This document shows, piece by piece, positions 46,148 to 56,308 of a DNA stretch of 64,000 nucleotides. This DNA comes from Planctomycetota bacterium (GTDB taxonomy: Bacteria; Planctomycetota; UBA1135; UBA2386): contig OZ245838.1 of NCBI GenBank assembly GCA_965228735.1, positions 2,592,001 through 2,656,000 on the forward strand. The letters run 5' to 3'. The notes under the pieces are model-generated. The model was not told where the DNA came from and searched no databases. It saw nothing but the letters and a program-made list of their open reading frames with translations. A program made the position numbers and the translations under genes. Position 1 is the stretch's first letter. The number at the start of each line of letters is the position of its first letter.

Positions 46148-49027
46148 ATGACCGAACGTCAGCCCCGAGGCCCGAGCGCCGAGCCCCTCAGCGGCGAGCG
46201 CCAGACGGCCGAGCAGCACGCGCGCCTGGACCGGCTCGCGGCCGCGATGGCCGTGTACCTCGCGCACAAGGCGTCGCCGGACCGCGAGCCGCAGCAGCTG
46301 CTCGCGGACCACGCCGACCTGAGCGACCTGCTCGAACCGATGCTCACGCCGCCGCACGGCGGGCCCGCCGACGAGAGCAGCGGCCCGGCGACACCGCAGA
46401 TCGGCACGGTGCTCGGCGACTACCGGATCCTGCGCGAGCTCGGCCGCGGCGGCATGGGCACGGTCTACCTCGCAGAACAGATCTCGCTGCGCCGGCAGGT
46501 CGCGTTCAAGTTGTTGCACGAGCACCTCACCGTCACGCCGACCGCCATCGCCCGCTTCCGGCGCGAGGCGTCGGCGGCCTCCGGCCTGCAACACCCCGGC
46601 ATCGTGCCGATCCACGAGATCGGCGAGTGGCGCGGCCGCCACTACTTCACCATGGAGTACCTCGAGGGGCGCCCGCTGAACGAACGAATGCACGAGCCCG
46701 ACCTCGGGCTCGGCGGCAGCCAGAGTCGGGCCCGCGAGGCCGCGCAACTCGTCGCCGCGGTCGCGGACGCGCTGCAGCACGCGCACGACCACGGCCTCGT
46801 TCACCGTGACATCAAGCCGCACAACATCATGGTGACGCAGACCGGCACCGTGCACCTGCTCGACTTCGGGCTCGTGCGCGACCGGGCTGCGACCGACGCG
46901 TCCGTCACTCGTGAGTTTCTCGGCACGCCGCACTACTGCAGCCCGGAGCAGATCGCGGGTACGCCGGCCGATGCTCGCAGCGACGTGTTCTCGCTCGGCA
47001 TCGTGCTCTACGAACTGCTCGCCGGCCGCCGGCCGTTCGCGGGCGACACCACGCACGCCGTACTCAAGAACATCGAGGCGGGTACGGCGCAACCGCTGCG
47101 GGCCGCCGCACCCGGCACCCCACGCGACCTGCAGGTGATCTGCGGCAAGGCGATGGCGCGGGCCCCGACGGCCCGCTACGCGACCGCCCGCGCACTCGCC
47201 GACGACCTGCGCCGACACCTGCGTTTCGAGCCGATCCACGCAGCGCCGCCCAGTGCGATCCTGCACGCCGGCAAGTGGCTGCGCCGGCACCGGATCCGGG
47301 TCGCACTCTGGGCCGCCGCGGCCGTCGTCGTGCTCGGCGCGCCCGCGGCCTGGGTGCTCCACGACTGGGACAAGCGCCAGCACGTCGAGAACGAACGGCG
47401 GCAACTGCTCGCGGCCGAGCGCATCGCGTTCGCCGGCATCGAGCGCACGCTGCAGATGCTCATCGACGCGGTGCCGCGGCAGGCAGATTCGGCGGCCCAG
47501 CAACGGGAGCACGTCGACGCCGTCGTCGAGCTGTGCCAGGACTTCCTGGAGGCCCGAACGCGTGATCCGAAACGACGGGCGCGCGTCGCGAACGCGTTCC
47601 GCGTGCTCTCCGACGTCTACCTCGAACTCAGATCGTTCGACGCGGCTCACGCCACTTGCGCGCGCGGCCTGGAACTGCTCGCCGGACCGGACGACGTCGC
47701 CGACGCGGAGGCCGTCGCACTGGCGCGCGCCCGACTGCTGCGCCAGGACCTGCGAGTCCGCCAGTTCATCGCGCCGGCGGAGTGCGACGAGGTATTCGAG
47801 CGCGCCCTGGCGGCATGGCGACCGCTCCTCGATTCCGCCGAGCCCCGCCCGCAGGTCGTCCTCGACTACGCGCACACCCTGATCGATCGCGGACGCGCAC
47901 TGGCCGACTCCGACGAGCGGCGGGCGGCCGCATTGCCCCTGCTCGACGAAGCGCTCGAGCGGCTGGAGCCGCTCGCGGCCAACTCCCCCCGGGCCCGCCA
48001 TCTGACGATTCGTGGGCTCGTCGGTCGAGCGGCGGCAACGCTCGGGCTCGGGAATGCGACGGCCGCGCTCGGCGACCTCGAAGACGTCGCCAACCGAGCC
48101 CGGAGCGCGCCTCCGAGCTATGGGCTCGCGCTCGAATCCGGGCTGGCGACCATCCTGACCGCGAGCGCGCGGCAACGTCGCGGCGAGTTCGAGCAGGCCC
48201 GGACCGTGTTCCGCCAGGCGCTCGCGGACCTCGAGTCTGCGATCGGCACCTATCCCGGCTCTAGCCATCTGCGGCTCGCGCGGTCTCGCGGCATCCTCCG
48301 GTTCGCCACGCTGCAGCTCAGGACGGGTCACGGCGACACCGCCGAGGAGATCTTGCGGCAGCACCGGGCCCGCAACGGACTCCCCGCTCCGCGGACGTTC
48401 GTCGAGCGCGAGGTCGAGGCGCAGATCGCGATGTTGCTCGGCAACTGCATCCTCGTGCGGACCGGGGGCGAGTCACCGGCGGACGCCATCGAGCTGATGC
48501 GCGGCGCGTGCGAGACGTTGCAGGAGATCGCCGCTGCCGAGCCCGATCGCGTGCGGCTTCGGCTGAACCTCGGCGGCGCCTACAACAACCTCGCGGCGAT
48601 CGCGAACGAGCGCGCCGACTTCGAAGCCGCGCGCCGTTACGCCGAGCGGGCGATCGCGGCGCAGGACGCCGTTCTCCGCGCGGCGCCCGACAACCGCCAC
48701 GCGAGGCTGTTCCTCGGCATGCATCAGAGTCAGCTCGCCACCGCGCTCGCGGCGCTCGACGAACCAGCCGGCGCGATCGCGGCCTGCCAGGCAACGCTGG
48801 CGAATGCGCCCGACAACGCCGGCGCGCTCCGCATCGCGGCGACGGCCGCCGCGGTCGCGGCCGAGAGATCCGGCACGCTGGCGCACGAGCGGATCGCCGT
48901 GACCGCCCTCGAGCTGCTGGCGCAGCTCGACCCGGCGGAAGCTCGGCGCTGCCTGCCCGACTCCCGCTTCGCGGCCCTGCGTCAGCGGGCCGACTTCGTC
49001 GCGGTGACGCGGGAGGTCACGCGGTGA
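46148..49027 (+). CDS. Hanks-type Ser/Thr protein kinase with transmembrane segment and TPR-like C-terminus
   Basis: LGRGGMGTVY, VAFK, HRDIKPHN, DFG, GTPHYCSPEQ, DVFSLG. ATG at 46148. Confidence 0.95.
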   Translation: MTERQPRGPSAEPLSGERQTAEQHARLDRLAAAMAVYLAHKASPDREPQQLLADHADLSDLLEPMLTPPHGGPADESSGPATPQIGTVLGDYRILRELGRGGMGTVYLAEQISLRRQVAFKLLHEHLTVTPTAIARFRREASAASGLQHPGIVPIHEIGEWRGRHYFTMEYLEGRPLNERMHEPDLGLGGSQSRAREAAQLVAAVADALQHAHDHGLVHRDIKPHNIMVTQTGTVHLLDFGLVRDRAATDASVTREFLGTPHYCSPEQIAGTPADARSDVFSLGIVLYELLAGRRPFAGDTTHAVLKNIEAGTAQPLRAAAPGTPRDLQVICGKAMARAPTARYATARALADDLRRHLRFEPIHAAPPSAILHAGKWLRRHRIRVALWAAAAVVVLGAPAAWVLHDWDKRQHVENERRQLLAAERIAFAGIERTLQMLIDAVPRQADSAAQQREHVDAVVELCQDFLEARTRDPKRRARVANAFRVLSDVYLELRSFDAAHATCARGLELLAGPDDVADAEAVALARARLLRQDLRVRQFIAPAECDEVFERALAAWRPLLDSAEPRPQVVLDYAHTLIDRGRALADSDERRAAALPLLDEALERLEPLAANSPRARHLTIRGLVGRAAATLGLGNATAALGDLEDVANRARSAPPSYGLALESGLATILTASARQRRGEFEQARTVFRQALADLESAIGTYPGSSHLRLARSRGILRFATLQLRTGHGDTAEEILRQHRARNGLPAPRTFVEREVEAQIAMLLGNCILVRTGGESPADAIELMRGACETLQEIAAAEPDRVRLRLNLGGAYNNLAAIANERADFEAARRYAERAIAAQDAVLRAAPDNRHARLFLGMHQSQLATALAALDEPAGAIAACQATLANAPDNAGALRIAATAAAVAAERSGTLAHERIAVTALELLAQLDPAEARRCLPDSRFAALRQRADFVAVTREVTR

Positions 49028-49650
49028 CGAGCGACAGCGTCTCGAGCCTCATGCTGCTGGTGCGACGCGGCGACCAGACGGCGCTGCAGCAGCTGCTCAC
49101 CGAACACCTGCCGTGGATCGAACAACGCGTTCGCCGCCGCCTGTCCAACCTGCTGCGGCGCGACGGCGACACCCAGGACTTCGTGCAGGAAGCGATGGTC
49201 GACGCGCTCCGCGACGGCCCGCACTTCGTCATCGAGAACGTCGACGGTTTCCGCGCCCTGCTCGCGCGCATCGTCGAGAACAACCTGCGCGACCGGTGCC
49301 GCCGCATGAAGCGCGAACGGCGCGACATCCGTCGACAGCGCGCGATGCCGAACGAGTCGGTCCTGCAGCTCGACGCCCCGGCCCGTTCGATCACCGAGCC
49401 GCCGACGGCCGCCGAACGCAACGAGTGCGCCGCGTGGCTGCAGCTCGCCCTCGAGATGCTGGCACCCGAGGATCGCGAGGTCGTTCGCCTGCGCGTCTGG
49501 GACGGCGTCACGTTCCCCGAGATCGGCCGCGTGATGGAGCTGTCCGAGGACGCGGTGCGCAAGCGCTACCGCCGGGCGCTGCCCCGCCTCGCCGAGAAGC
49601 TCGAGATGCTCCGCTCGGGTCGCTGGGAGAGCACCCTCGACGACGATTGA
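49024..49650 (+). CDS. ECF-type RNA polymerase sigma-70 factor
   Basis: GDQ.AL..L...H, DTQDFVQE, F.A.L.RIVEN..RD, L..L...DREV..LR...G.TF.EI...M..SE.AVRKRY.RAL. GTG overlaps the kinase stop. Confidence 0.93.
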   Translation: MTSDSVSSLMLLVRRGDQTALQQLLTEHLPWIEQRVRRRLSNLLRRDGDTQDFVQEAMVDALRDGPHFVIENVDGFRALLARIVENNLRDRCRRMKRERRDIRRQRAMPNESVLQLDAPARSITEPPTAAERNECAAWLQLALEMLAPEDREVVRLRVWDGVTFPEIGRVMELSEDAVRKRYRRALPRLAEKLEMLRSGRWESTLDDD

Positions 49651-49692
49651 GCCCGGTCAGCCGACCGAACGCCGCACTCGTCTCGGCGCCCC

Positions 49693-50808
49693 TCACTCCG
49701 CGAGCTGCGCGAGCTCGCGCGCGAGTCCGCGCAGGCGCTGGCCCTGCAGGTTGCAGAGGATGACGACGACGACCGCGCTGTCCGGCCGCATGTAGAGCAC
49801 GGTGCTGACCCGCGACTGCGCGCCGGTGTGGCTGATCTCACGGTGGCCAGAGCGCTCGGCGATGCCGAACCCGAGCCCGTAGCCCGTGCCGGCGCCGCCC
49901 GTCGTCCGTTGCTCGGTCCACATCTTCGCCAGCGTCTCGGGCTGCACGAGCTTGCCATGCAGCAGCGCCTGGCCGAAGCGCACGAGGTCGGGCGCGTTGC
50001 TGCACAGCCCGCCGCCGCCGAGCTTGTAGGAGCCGTCCATGAGCACGCTGTTCTGCAGCCGACCCGCGACCCGCCGATAGCCCTGCGCCCGGTGCTTGAT
50101 GATCCGTCGCACGTCGTCGTCCTGCAGGGTCAGCGCGCCGCTCGGCTCGCTCACGAGCTCCTGCACGACCCGCGGGAACGCCGCCCCGGCCCGGGCCTCG
50201 ACCACCGCCGCCGCCAGGTTGTAGCCGAACGTCGTGTAGCGATACTTCGACCCCGGCTCGTGCAGCAACGGATCGTCGCGGAAGCGTTCGAGCGCCAGCG
50301 TCTGCGTCGCGTAGTGCCGCGTGCTCTCGCCCTCGAGGGGCTTGTAGTGCCGCACGCCCCCGAGGTGCCCGAGCAGCTGCCGCGTCGTCACCGGCCAACG
50401 CTTCGCCGGCCACGCCTCGACGAGCTGGCTGACCGGGGCATCGAGATCGAGCCTGCCCTGTTCGACGAGCCGCAGCGCGCACACCGCCGTGATCGGCTTG
50501 CTGATCGACGCGAGGCGATACACCGTCGCCGCGGTCGCCGGAACGTCGTTCTCCACGTCCGCGGTCCCGAACCCGTCGGCGAACGGGATGGCCTCGCCGA
50601 CCCCGATCGCCGCGGACATCCCGGGGATCTCGTTCTGCTTCCGGAACTGCTCGAGCCGTTCACGGGCGGCCGCGCGCCAGTCCTGGGCGTCGCCGCCGTC
50701 CTGCGCCGTGAGGCCCCCACCGCTGATCGACAAGCCCAGGCAGAGGGCGAACGACCACGCGCGCCGGATCGGCCCGCGGCAAGAATCCCGAACTTCTCGA
50801 CATGTCAT
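49693..50808 (-). CDS. Serine hydrolase, beta-lactamase class C family, exported
   Basis: LASISK (SxxK), LL.H.GG, PG..YRYTTFGY, GGG..S...DL.RF, HTG. Confidence 0.92.
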   Translation of the reverse strand: MTCREVRDSCRGPIRRAWSFALCLGLSISGGGLTAQDGGDAQDWRAAARERLEQFRKQNEIPGMSAAIGVGEAIPFADGFGTADVENDVPATAATVYRLASISKPITAVCALRLVEQGRLDLDAPVSQLVEAWPAKRWPVTTRQLLGHLGGVRHYKPLEGESTRHYATQTLALERFRDDPLLHEPGSKYRYTTFGYNLAAAVVEARAGAAFPRVVQELVSEPSGALTLQDDDVRRIIKHRAQGYRRVAGRLQNSVLMDGSYKLGGGGLCSNAPDLVRFGQALLHGKLVQPETLAKMWTEQRTTGGAGTGYGLGFGIAERSGHREISHTGAQSRVSTVLYMRPDSAVVVVILCNLQGQRLRGLARELAQLAE

Positions 50809-50875
50809 CGCGTTCCAGAGCTTAGGTACGAGCCGTGTCGTTGCACTCCCCGCCCGGCTCGGGCACCGTAGCTCC

Positions 50876-51412
50876 ATGACCGACGCGGTCGTTCCAGAAC
50901 CAGCCAGCCCGCCCGCTCCCGAACCGGCGCTCGATCCGCCGACCGAGAAGCTCAACGGGCGCGTCGTGCTCTATTGGCAACTTTCCGACGGCGCGAGCTC
51001 GCTGTTCGTCGCGGGCCTTGCGTGGTTCGTCGGGCGCCCGTTCGCCTCGCGCTGGGAGCACTGGTCCGACCTGCTCGACAACGCGCTGCTCGGCCTGTGC
51101 ATCACGCTCGTCGCGGCCGCGATCCTCGTCGCGCCGATCGCCTACGCGCGCTGGCGCTACGCGTTCCGCGACGACCTGCTGCTGATGCGCTACGGCATCC
51201 TGTTCGTCGAAGAACGCGCCGTGCCCGTGCGCCGCATGCAGCACGTCGACCTGATGCGCGGCCCGATCGAACGCGTGTTCGGTCTCGCGACGCTCGTCGT
51301 CTACACGGCCGGCAACGAAGGGTCCGCGTTCCGCGTGCCCGGGTTGCGGCTCGCGCGCGCGCAGGAACTCAGGGATCGGATCGTCGAGGCGCGCGGTGAC
51401 GGCCGACTCTGA
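50876..51412 (+). CDS. Bacterial PH-domain membrane protein (YdbS-like)
   Basis: Two TM segments then WRY....D.L....G......VP..RMQHVD..RGP.ER.FGLA.L..YTAG. Confidence 0.88.
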   Translation: MTDAVVPEPASPPAPEPALDPPTEKLNGRVVLYWQLSDGASSLFVAGLAWFVGRPFASRWEHWSDLLDNALLGLCITLVAAAILVAPIAYARWRYAFRDDLLLMRYGILFVEERAVPVRRMQHVDLMRGPIERVFGLATLVVYTAGNEGSAFRVPGLRLARAQELRDRIVEARGDGRL

Positions 51413-53111
51413 CGCCGCGCCCGAGACCGGCGCTCCTGCGGCTGTCGAACCCGCGCCGATCGAGCCCGCGAAGGCGCGTTCCGAGGACAGCCAACCGGCG
51501 CTCGCCAAGGGCCACCTGCACCCGGCGATCCTGCTGCTGCGGCTGCTCGATGCGATGCGGCAGGCAGTGTTCCCCGTCGTCGCCGGCCTCGTCATCCAGC
51601 ACTGGTTCCTCGTGCTCGCCGGCGTCATGTTCCTCGTGCAGCTCGGCTACGCCCTCGTGCGTTACCTGACGCTCGAATACCGCCTCACCGCCAACGAGCT
51701 ACGCGTGCGCGAAGGTCTGCTGCACCGGCAAGAACGGCGCATCCCGCTCGATCGCATCCAGGATCTCGGCTTCGAGTCGACGATCCTGCGCCGCGCGCTC
51801 GGGCTCACGGTCGTCCTCGTCGAGACTGCATCCGGCTCGGGCGTCGAGGCCCGGTTCGACTCGCTCGGGCGCGCCGACGCCGATCACCTGCGCGAGGTGC
51901 TGCTGGCCGCGCGCCGGCGGATCGTCGCCGAAGAACAGGCCCGCGACGGCAGCGCCGGCGCTACCACCACCACCGCCGCGGATGCGACGCGACCCGCGGC
52001 CGCCGACCCGGACGAACCCGAGTGGCTCGTCCACCGAAGCTCCACGGGCGAGCTGCTCGTGCGCGGCCTCACCGACCTGCGGCTGTCCGCGTTCGCCGTC
52101 ACGGGGTTCGCCGCGTTCGAGTTCGCCGATCAGCTCGGCATCATCGGTCAGCTCGAGGGCACCGCGCGCAGCATCCGCGACTGGTTCGCGGGCCTCGACC
52201 CCGTCGTGCTGGCGGCCGTACTCGGCGTGCTGTTGTTCGCCGTCATGGCGTTCGGCATCGTCACCGCCACGATCGGCAGCTTCGCGCAGTTCTTCGGGTT
52301 CCAGCTCACGCTCAGGGGGTCCGTGCTGCTGCGCCGCTACGGCCTGCTCACGACACGCCAGAAGACGCTGCCGCGCGAACGGATCCAGCGCGTGACGCTC
52401 GAGATGCCGTGGCTGCGCCGGCTCACCGGCTACTGCTCGATCAAGGCCGACTCCGCGGGCGGCTCGCGCGCGCAGGGCGAGGACACGACCGGCGGCTGGG
52501 ACGTCGTCGTGCCGCTGACGCGTCTGCCGAGCGCGATGGCGCTGCTGCCGGCCATGCTGCCGGGTCTCGAACGCGAACACCTGCCGTGGCAGCGCGGCAG
52601 CCACCTCCTCGTCGCGCGCACGACGATCGGCGGCGCGCTGCTGGCGACGTTCCTGATCGCCGGCGGCTGGCCGTTCTTCGGGCCGATGGCGCTCATCGCG
52701 CTGCTCGTCGTGCCGATCTGGGCGCTGCTCGGCATGCTCGCCTACCGCAACCTCGCGTTCGCCCTCGGCGGCGACTTCCTCGCGCTGCGGCACGGGATCA
52801 TCGGCAGCTATCTCGCATACCTGCCGACGAAGAAGGTGCAGAGCGTCGTCGTGCGGCAGAGCCCCATCGAACAGCTGCTCGGGCTCGCGGAGCTCACGGT
52901 GCACGTCGCGGGCGGCTCACCGACCCGACTGCCCGACCTGACGATCGAGAATGCGCGACAGCTGCGTGCGGCGCTCGCGGCGATCGCCGTCGCCGCCGCG
53001 GCCCGTGACTGGGTCAAGGCCGAGGCGACGGCGGTGACGACGGGACCCGATCCCCAGTCGCCGGCGGACCCGCCAGTGGCCCCGCCCACCGATTCCGACG
53101 AGGCGCTGTAA
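51396..53111 (+). CDS. Bacterial PH-domain membrane protein (YdbT-like, three bPH repeats)
   Basis: LHP..., Y.L....L....GLL.R..R.IP.DRIQ, RRYGLL......LP..RIQ, KVQSV...QSP....LGLA; paired with the YdbS-like gene. Confidence 0.88.
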   Translation: MTADSDAAPETGAPAAVEPAPIEPAKARSEDSQPALAKGHLHPAILLLRLLDAMRQAVFPVVAGLVIQHWFLVLAGVMFLVQLGYALVRYLTLEYRLTANELRVREGLLHRQERRIPLDRIQDLGFESTILRRALGLTVVLVETASGSGVEARFDSLGRADADHLREVLLAARRRIVAEEQARDGSAGATTTTAADATRPAAADPDEPEWLVHRSSTGELLVRGLTDLRLSAFAVTGFAAFEFADQLGIIGQLEGTARSIRDWFAGLDPVVLAAVLGVLLFAVMAFGIVTATIGSFAQFFGFQLTLRGSVLLRRYGLLTTRQKTLPRERIQRVTLEMPWLRRLTGYCSIKADSAGGSRAQGEDTTGGWDVVVPLTRLPSAMALLPAMLPGLEREHLPWQRGSHLLVARTTIGGALLATFLIAGGWPFFGPMALIALLVVPIWALLGMLAYRNLAFALGGDFLALRHGIIGSYLAYLPTKKVQSVVVRQSPIEQLLGLAELTVHVAGGSPTRLPDLTIENARQLRAALAAIAVAAAARDWVKAEATAVTTGPDPQSPADPPVAPPTDSDEAL

Positions 53112-53120
53112 CCGAACGTC

Positions 53121-54698
53121 GTGGGCGGCGCACTCCATGGTGTGCAGAGCTCCGCCCGTTCGACGATCACCATCGGTTCTGGCCTCGTGCTCGGGGTCGA
53201 CGCGATTCCGATCACCGTCGAGGCCACGACCCGACACGCCTCCGACGGCACCCCGCGCCTGCTGGGGCTCGTCGACACGGTGGTGCGCGAGGCCTACCAC
53301 CGCGTGCTGCAGGCGTTCTTCGCGCTCGACCTGCCGACGCCGCGCGGCATCACGACGTTCAACTTCGCGCCGGCCGCGCTGCGCAAGCAGGGCAGCGGAT
53401 TCGACCTGCCGCTCGCGCTCGCGCTCGCGGGTGCGGCCGGGCTGTTTCCCGCCGAACGCGTGGCCGGGCTGTTCGCGTTCGGCGAGATCAGCCTGGCCGG
53501 CCAGATCCTGCCGGCGCGCGGCGCCGTGAGCGTCGCGCTCGCGGCCAGGAAAGAGGGCGCAACGGCGATGCTCACGAGCCCGCCCGACGCGCACGCCAGC
53601 GCGGCGATCGACGGTCTCGACGTCTTCGGCGCGGCGACGCTCGCGGACGCGATCTACTGGCTCGCGGGCGAGCGCCGGTTGGAGCCGGCGACCGAAGTCA
53701 CGACCGCAGCCGGCTGCGGTGCCGCATCCGACCGCCGTGGGCACGAACCCGACTTCGCCGACATTCGCGGCCACGAGACGCCCAAACGCGCGCTGACCGT
53801 CGCCGCTGCCGGCGGCCACAACCTGCTGTTCGTCGGCCCGCCCGGGACGGGCAAGAGCGCGCTGGCGCGCCGGCTGCCGGGCATCCTGCCACCGCCAACG
53901 GCCGCGGAGCGCCTCACGATCCTGCAGGTGCACGCGGCGGCGGGCCTCGCGCGACCGCCGCGTGATCGGCGGCCGCTCCGGGCGCCCCATCATTCGAGCT
54001 CGACCGCGAGCCTGCTCGGCGGCGGTCGCGAACTGCGGCCCGGCGAGGTCAGCCTCGCGCACCGCGGGGTGCTGTTCCTCGACGAATTGCCCGAGTTCCG
54101 GCGCGACGCGCTCGAGGCGCTGCGGCAACCGCTCGAGGACGGCCACGTCACGGTCGGGCGGGCGCAGCACACCGTCACGATGCCGGCTAGGTTCGCGCTC
54201 GTGGCCGCGATGAACCCGTGTCCGTGCGGCTTCTACGGTCACCCGGCGCGGCCGTGCCTGTGCTCACCGGCCGCGATCCAACGGTATCACCGCCGGCTGT
54301 CCGGCCCGTTGCTCGACCGGCTCGACCTGCGGCTCGAGGTCCCGGCGCTCGATCCCGGCACGTTCGACGGACCGCGCGACGATCACGGCAGCACGGCCGC
54401 GCTCGCCGCACTCGTGCGGGGCGCCGTGGCCCGGGGCGCCGCCCGCAACGCGGGGCTCGACCTCGAGGGCCTCAACGCCGAGTTGCCCGACGGTGCGCTC
54501 GATGCCGCGTGCCGGCCGACCTCGGCGGCGCGATCGGCGTTGACCGACGTGCTGCGGCGATCGCGCGCGAGCGGCCGCACCCGCGTCCGCCTGCTCCGCG
54601 TCGCGCGGACGCTCGCGGACCTGCGCGGCGCGGACCGCGTCACCGACGAAGACATCCTCGAGGCCGCGACGCTGCGGCGTGCCGAAGCGCCGTGTTGA
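53121..54698 (+). CDS. comM: YifB/ComM Mg-chelatase-like AAA+ ATPase
   Basis: N.APA.LRK.GSGFDLP.A, AAAGGHNLL..GPPGTGKS, RAPHHS.S...L.GGG, PGEVSLAHRGVLFLDELPEF, AAMNPCPCG, SGPLLDR.D. Confidence 0.93.
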   Translation: MGGALHGVQSSARSTITIGSGLVLGVDAIPITVEATTRHASDGTPRLLGLVDTVVREAYHRVLQAFFALDLPTPRGITTFNFAPAALRKQGSGFDLPLALALAGAAGLFPAERVAGLFAFGEISLAGQILPARGAVSVALAARKEGATAMLTSPPDAHASAAIDGLDVFGAATLADAIYWLAGERRLEPATEVTTAAGCGAASDRRGHEPDFADIRGHETPKRALTVAAAGGHNLLFVGPPGTGKSALARRLPGILPPPTAAERLTILQVHAAAGLARPPRDRRPLRAPHHSSSTASLLGGGRELRPGEVSLAHRGVLFLDELPEFRRDALEALRQPLEDGHVTVGRAQHTVTMPARFALVAAMNPCPCGFYGHPARPCLCSPAAIQRYHRRLSGPLLDRLDLRLEVPALDPGTFDGPRDDHGSTAALAALVRGAVARGAARNAGLDLEGLNAELPDGALDAACRPTSAARSALTDVLRRSRASGRTRVRLLRVARTLADLRGADRVTDEDILEAATLRRAEAPC

Positions 54699-54713
54699 GC
54701 ACGGGGCGCCGCG

Positions 54714-56243
54714 TCAGCGCGGGACCCGCACGCGGTGGCCGCGCGGGTCGACCCTCTCGGCGCGCGCGGCGCGTTCGCGCAGCGGGCCCTGCAGCGGCGG
54801 ATCGATGGCCTCGGGGCTCAGTTCGATCGTCCGGAAGACGAAGCCGAAGTCGCCGGCGAGTTCGTCCCATACCGCGGCCGGCGCGGAGCAGAGCAGCACG
54901 AGGAACGCGTCGTCGTGCGGAATCACGTCGATCGTCGCGCGGCGGCCGATGCCGGCCTGGCGGCCCTTGGCGAGCAGACGCACGGAGCGACTGCCGCGGA
55001 CGAGGCGCCGCTCCCGCCCCTCGACGGAGAGGCCCGGGTGCAGCAGCCGGATCCAGTTCGCGACCGCGTCCACGGCCGTCTCGAGGTCGGCGCCCGGTTC
55101 GAGATGCTCGATCCGGGTCAGCCCGATCGTGGCGTCGTGCACGGAGCACGACAGCGTGATGCGGCCGGGCTCGAGGATCTCGGCGAGCTCCCACGCGGGG
55201 TTGGGCACCCACAGGCCGAAGCGCCCGTCGAACTCGCGCGCGAGGGCCGCCGGAATCGTCGCGCGGCCGACCTTGCCCTTGGCGCTGTTCTTGTCGCTCG
55301 GGATGGCGACGAGGGCCGGCCCGGCGATCTCGCGACGCAGGGTCCGCATCGACGCGTCGAGCCAGGTGCAGTTGGTCGTGTTGGCGCCCGACTCGACGAT
55401 CTCGGTCACGCGTTGCCGCTTGCCGAAGAGCTCGACGGCGCGCGCTCCGCTCGTCGCGATCGTCCGCCGCGAGAACTCCTCGGCCGCGGGATCGAACACC
55501 GGTGTGTCGACGAGGTCCTGCGGCGCGCGGCTCGCCACGGTGCGGGCGAGCAACGGGAACGTCGAGCCGCGGCGCCAGTCGTAGGTCCGTTCGGTGCGGC
55601 CGCTGCCGTCGGCCCGGATCACGACGAGCCGGTCCCCGTCGCAGCGCGCGTCGACGATCCGCTCGCCGAGCACGCGGTCCTGCTCGCCGCGGGCGATCGC
55701 GAACATCGGCTCACTGACGCGTTCGCGGAAGTAGCAGCCGAGCGGCTGCAGCTGCGCGGTCGCGCGGCATTGGCTCGTCACCTGGTAGCGGCGGCGGCCC
55801 TCGGCGAACTCGTACTCCTCGCTGACCGTCACCACACCGTCCGCGCCGACGACGATCGCGGCGTGCAGCCAGCCGACCGACGTGCCGCGCGCGTCGTGCA
55901 GCACGAACCACTCGTCGCGCGGCTCGATGCCCGCGATCGTTGCCCGGATCTCCGCGCCCGCGCCGCGCTGGATGGCCTTGACGCGGTCGCGACCGATCCC
56001 GACGACGGAGCCGGCCTCGAGCTCGAACTCGACGTAACCGTCGAGCTCCGCGAGCACCCGGCCCTCGAAGCGTTCGCCGTTCTTCAGCTCGATGACGTCG
56101 AGCCGTTCGATTCCCGGAGTGTGGTCTACCGGAGTCCTGCCAACCGGCTGCTGGCCAACAGGCTGCTCGGTGACCACCGGGTCCTGAGCCAGCGCGCTCC
56201 CGAAGGACGCCGACAGAGACAACGCGATTGCGATGCGATTCAT
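54714..56243 (-). CDS. Secreted hypothetical protein
   Basis: Signal peptide ending ALAQ; D.I.LKNG..FEG.V motif; coding-like composition. Confidence 0.8.
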   Translation of the reverse strand: MNRIAIALSLSASFGSALAQDPVVTEQPVGQQPVGRTPVDHTPGIERLDVIELKNGERFEGRVLAELDGYVEFELEAGSVVGIGRDRVKAIQRGAGAEIRATIAGIEPRDEWFVLHDARGTSVGWLHAAIVVGADGVVTVSEEYEFAEGRRRYQVTSQCRATAQLQPLGCYFRERVSEPMFAIARGEQDRVLGERIVDARCDGDRLVVIRADGSGRTERTYDWRRGSTFPLLARTVASRAPQDLVDTPVFDPAAEEFSRRTIATSGARAVELFGKRQRVTEIVESGANTTNCTWLDASMRTLRREIAGPALVAIPSDKNSAKGKVGRATIPAALAREFDGRFGLWVPNPAWELAEILEPGRITLSCSVHDATIGLTRIEHLEPGADLETAVDAVANWIRLLHPGLSVEGRERRLVRGSRSVRLLAKGRQAGIGRRATIDVIPHDDAFLVLLCSAPAAVWDELAGDFGFVFRTIELSPEAIDPPLQGPLRERAARAERVDPRGHRVRVPR

Positions 56244-56308
56244 GATCCACGGTCGCTATCGAACGCGCCGTGCCATCGGCTTTACGGCTGTCGCGAATTC
56301 CGACGCCG

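Noticed and set aside
45905..48364. 1116-aa minus-strand ORF 45014-48364 as a real full-length protein
   Set aside because: The part above ~46148 is antisense to the kinase; only 45014-45904 looks coding.
49693..50808. Bona fide antibiotic-resistance beta-lactamase
   Set aside because: Generic SxxK serine hydrolase of a large family; nothing indicates AmpC-type specificity or a mobile context.
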